A stretch of 64,000 bases of DNA. Origin: Dehalococcoidia bacterium (GTDB lineage: Bacteria > Chloroflexota > Dehalococcoidia > Dehalococcoidales > Fen-1064). This document shows positions 61,821-64,000 of the stretch, one piece after another. The stretch lies in assembly GCA_011170375.1 (NCBI GenBank), contig DUEV01000013.1, forward strand, positions 6,662 to 70,661, written 5' to 3'. Both the position numbers and the translations under genes were made by a program. Below the pieces are notes generated by a model that saw nothing but the letters and a program-made list of their open reading frames with translations, ran no database searches and was not told the DNA's origin. Every line of letters starts with the position of its first letter. The first letter of the stretch is position 1.

Positions 61821-63335
61821 TTACCGCTCCCTCATTTGATAATAGTCTATCACCTTGTTAGCGGCTGAAGCTGCCCGAGACACAGTTGGGTAGAAGGGTA
61901 TACCCTGCTTAATAAGCTCAGCAGTTACCTCACAGACGGTTTTCCATCTCTCATCGTCCTGCTCATTATCATCGCTGTTTGACGTAGGACTCCTGTCCGG
62001 GAGTAGCCCCAGTACCGGCTTGTAATCATCAATTTGCTTATATTGCTTAACGATTTCTTCGGGTGTCAGATTGAGCATTGCCCATGGAGGCATACCCTTC
62101 ATAGGTGAACCACCCCTACCAGGTGGACCACCTCTACCACGGCGACGTCCGCCACCAGGCGGGCCACCCCAGCCGGGAATATTAATGGAGGCAATAATCA
62201 GGTCGAAATCGGGATGCATGGCCATCATCTTCAACAGCTCAGCCGGGCCAAAGTTTTCGTCTCCCATGTTTATCGAGAAGTCTGCCGGGTTACTTATCCA
62301 GTCCCAGATTTGGACACCCTGGCTCCTCAGCTCCTCTCTCATCTCCTGAGGCAAGGGGACAACGTCAAGACCGGCCTCTTCACACTGGTCGGCCGCCAGA
62401 ACAGTAGCTCCTCCGGCTCCCGCCGCGACGCCAACCCTCCGACCAGCTATTGGCGGCAGGAAGTAGAATGAGACGGCCACATCTATCAGCTCGTCTATAC
62501 TGCTAACAGAGACAGCGCCCGCCTGTTCTATCATCGTATTCCACACCTCTGTTGCCCCAGCCAGAGAAGCAGTATGGGAGGCTGTTGCTCTCGTCCCCGC
62601 CTGTCCACGGCCTCCTTTAATTATCACGACAGGCTTGGTCCTGGTTACTTCACGGAGTATATTAAAGAAACGGGAACCGTCCTTAGGTCCCTCGATATAC
62701 ATCATGACAAGCTTTACTTCAGGGTCAGCACCAAAGTACTCCAGGAAATCAGCTTCATTGAAATCAATGGCATTGCCATAGCTAATCGCCTTGTTGAAAT
62801 AGGCACCTCTTTGTGTGGTCCTGCCGATAATTTCCCCAGCTGCCTGGCCGCTCTGGGAGGCTAGTGCTATCGAGCCGGACTCTCTGGAAAACTGAGGTTG
62901 AAAAGCCATACCCATCTTAGGATAGTAGACGCCCATGCAGTTAGGGCCAATAATACGCACGCCTCCTTCTCTAGCGATACGAAGCACTTCTTGTTCCAGG
63001 TCAGCAGCATCTTTCCTTCCGGTCTCACTGAAGCGTGCGGTGAAAAGGTGAATTCCTTTGACTCCCCTTTGGACACAATCACGCATAATTTGGGGTACCT
63101 GTGGGGCGGGGGCGGCGGATATCACAAAATCAACCGGGTCCGGTATATCCTTAACAGTGGGGTAGGCTTTCAACTTCATTACCTCGGAGTATTTGGGGTT
63201 GACCGGGTAAAGAATACCTTTAAATCCGAACTCAACCAGAGCTCCCAAAAATTGCGAACCACGCCCCTCATCAGAAGCTCCAACTACAGCGATAGACCTC
63301 GGATGAAGGACCTCTTCCAGTGAATACTCAGCCAT
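61821..63335 (-). CDS. ADP-forming acyl-CoA synthetase, alpha-type subunit (CoA-binding plus succinyl-CoA-synthetase-like domains)
   Basis: PRSIAVVGAS...GPNCMG...ALASQSG...HTASLAG (phosphohistidine loop). No ATP-grasp beta subunit gene is adjacent. Contains a Gly/Pro/Arg-rich insertion. Confidence 0.8.
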   Translation of the reverse strand: MAEYSLEEVLHPRSIAVVGASDEGRGSQFLGALVEFGFKGILYPVNPKYSEVMKLKAYPTVKDIPDPVDFVISAAPAPQVPQIMRDCVQRGVKGIHLFTARFSETGRKDAADLEQEVLRIAREGGVRIIGPNCMGVYYPKMGMAFQPQFSRESGSIALASQSGQAAGEIIGRTTQRGAYFNKAISYGNAIDFNEADFLEYFGADPEVKLVMMYIEGPKDGSRFFNILREVTRTKPVVIIKGGRGQAGTRATASHTASLAGATEVWNTMIEQAGAVSVSSIDELIDVAVSFYFLPPIAGRRVGVAAGAGGATVLAADQCEEAGLDVVPLPQEMREELRSQGVQIWDWISNPADFSINMGDENFGPAELLKMMAMHPDFDLIIASINIPGWGGPPGGGRRRGRGGPPGRGGSPMKGMPPWAMLNLTPEEIVKQYKQIDDYKPVLGLLPDRSPTSNSDDNEQDDERWKTVCEVTAELIKQGIPFYPTVSRAASAANKVIDYYQMRER

Positions 63336-63664
63336 ATATATTCCTCCAGCTATACACTAACTTCCATTATAAGGTCTGCGGTAGCAAGTATGCCACAAGC
63401 ACGTTGCGATAAGGCACCTCGTCGATTGGTATTTGCAGCGTGACCCCTTATCTCACCTGTTCCAGCCCAAAGGTCTATAACTTCAGCCACTCATTTATAC
63501 TGGCTGTATATTTATTATAGCAGCAGCAGCCTAACCTGTTAAGTTTTTCGGGTGGTTCTGAGGGGGCGCCAGCCAGTTCGCCAGTCATAGTCGAACTGGC
63601 TACCACAGTGCGGAATGTTCAATCCATGTGTATCACAATCGACATGGCAGATACTTACCAATGA

Positions 63665-63693
63665 TTGACAACAGAATGTCATCTATTTAGAAT
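63665..63693 (+). promoter_or_regulatory. Sigma70-type promoter of the MerR-family gene
   Basis: TTGACA (63665-63670), 17-nt spacer, TAGAAT (63688-63693). Confidence 0.55.
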
Positions 63694-63712
63694 GCGACTA
63701 GAGCCAGAGATA

Positions 63713-64000
63713 ATGAATAATCTGCCAGTATTTCCAATTGGTGTTGTTTCGGAGCTACTGAACGTCCACCCTGAGACCATCCGTGTGTGGGAGAGATACG
63801 GGGTAATCAAGCCACAAAGAAGAAGTGGTAGACGATTTTACTCCGAGACCGACCTGAAACGGTTGCGTTTCATTCAAAGATTAATATCGGAAGAACTGAA
63901 CCTACCAGCCATCCGTCATTATCTACGGCTTTACCCTTGCTGGCAACGGGACGGCTGCCCGGTCTGCATGCACCGTTCGGAGCTTGCCGTATGTGCCAAA
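63713..64000 (+). CDS. MerR-family transcriptional regulator, partial (runs off the window)
   Basis: FPIGVVSELLNVHPETIRVWERYGVIKPQRRSGRRFYSETDLKRLRFIQ is a MerR HTH. It is followed by the Cys-rich segment PCWQRDGCPVCMH...C. Confidence 0.8.
   Translation, partial: MNNLPVFPIGVVSELLNVHPETIRVWERYGVIKPQRRSGRRFYSETDLKRLRFIQRLISEELNLPAIRHYLRLYPCWQRDGCPVCMHRSELAVCAK

Noticed and set aside
1-64000. Search for rRNA, tRNA, tmRNA, RNase P and known riboswitches in the intergenic gaps
   Set aside because: I saw no cloverleaf-like sequence with a GTTCGAATC-type T-arm, no 16S/23S-like stretches, and no recognisable preQ1/THF/TPP motifs upstream of queD or folK (the gaps are too short). This is eye inspection only. 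tRNAscan-SE and Infernal should be run to confirm.

Overview
This is a chromosomal segment of about 55% GC from a monoderm-type bacterium. I infer a Chloroflexota/Dehalococcoidia-like origin from gene order and content, but I could not verify this by search.

The core (25.3-45.8 kb, minus strand) is an almost complete str/S10/spc/alpha ribosomal-protein supercluster, running rpsL-rpsG-fusA-rpsJ...rplQ-truA-rplM-rpsI. It has no tuf between fusA and rpsJ, and several r-proteins carry acidic C-terminal tails.

Upstream housekeeping genes are nadE, recA-recX-rny-ymdB-like, plsY, and an acyl-CoA activation/beta-oxidation-like cluster.

The left end carries an AT-rich islet. It contains an IS6-like element with 17-nt inverted repeats, which carries an extra translationally coupled membrane-protein ORF and appears to have split a hypothetical gene.

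The right third (46-64 kb) is accessory-like. It holds an LRR surface protein, folK plus a queD/PTPS paralog, an orphan OmpR-type response regulator, small zinc-ribbon proteins, and an operon of DUF-type genes. It also holds a heliorhodopsin gene 12 nt upstream of a DegV gene, a 1263-aa zinc-ribbon/Ser-Thr-kinase/STAND-NTPase/TPR protein, and an ADP-forming acyl-CoA synthetase alpha subunit.

The main hunt results are:
- the heliorhodopsin-DegV pair;
- a near-identical promoter box shared by the DUF operon and the STAND kinase;
- a mosaic family of GC-rich palindromic intergenic repeats at five loci.

I recognised no rRNA, tRNA or CRISPR array. All family assignments come from reading motifs by eye. 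No database search was run.
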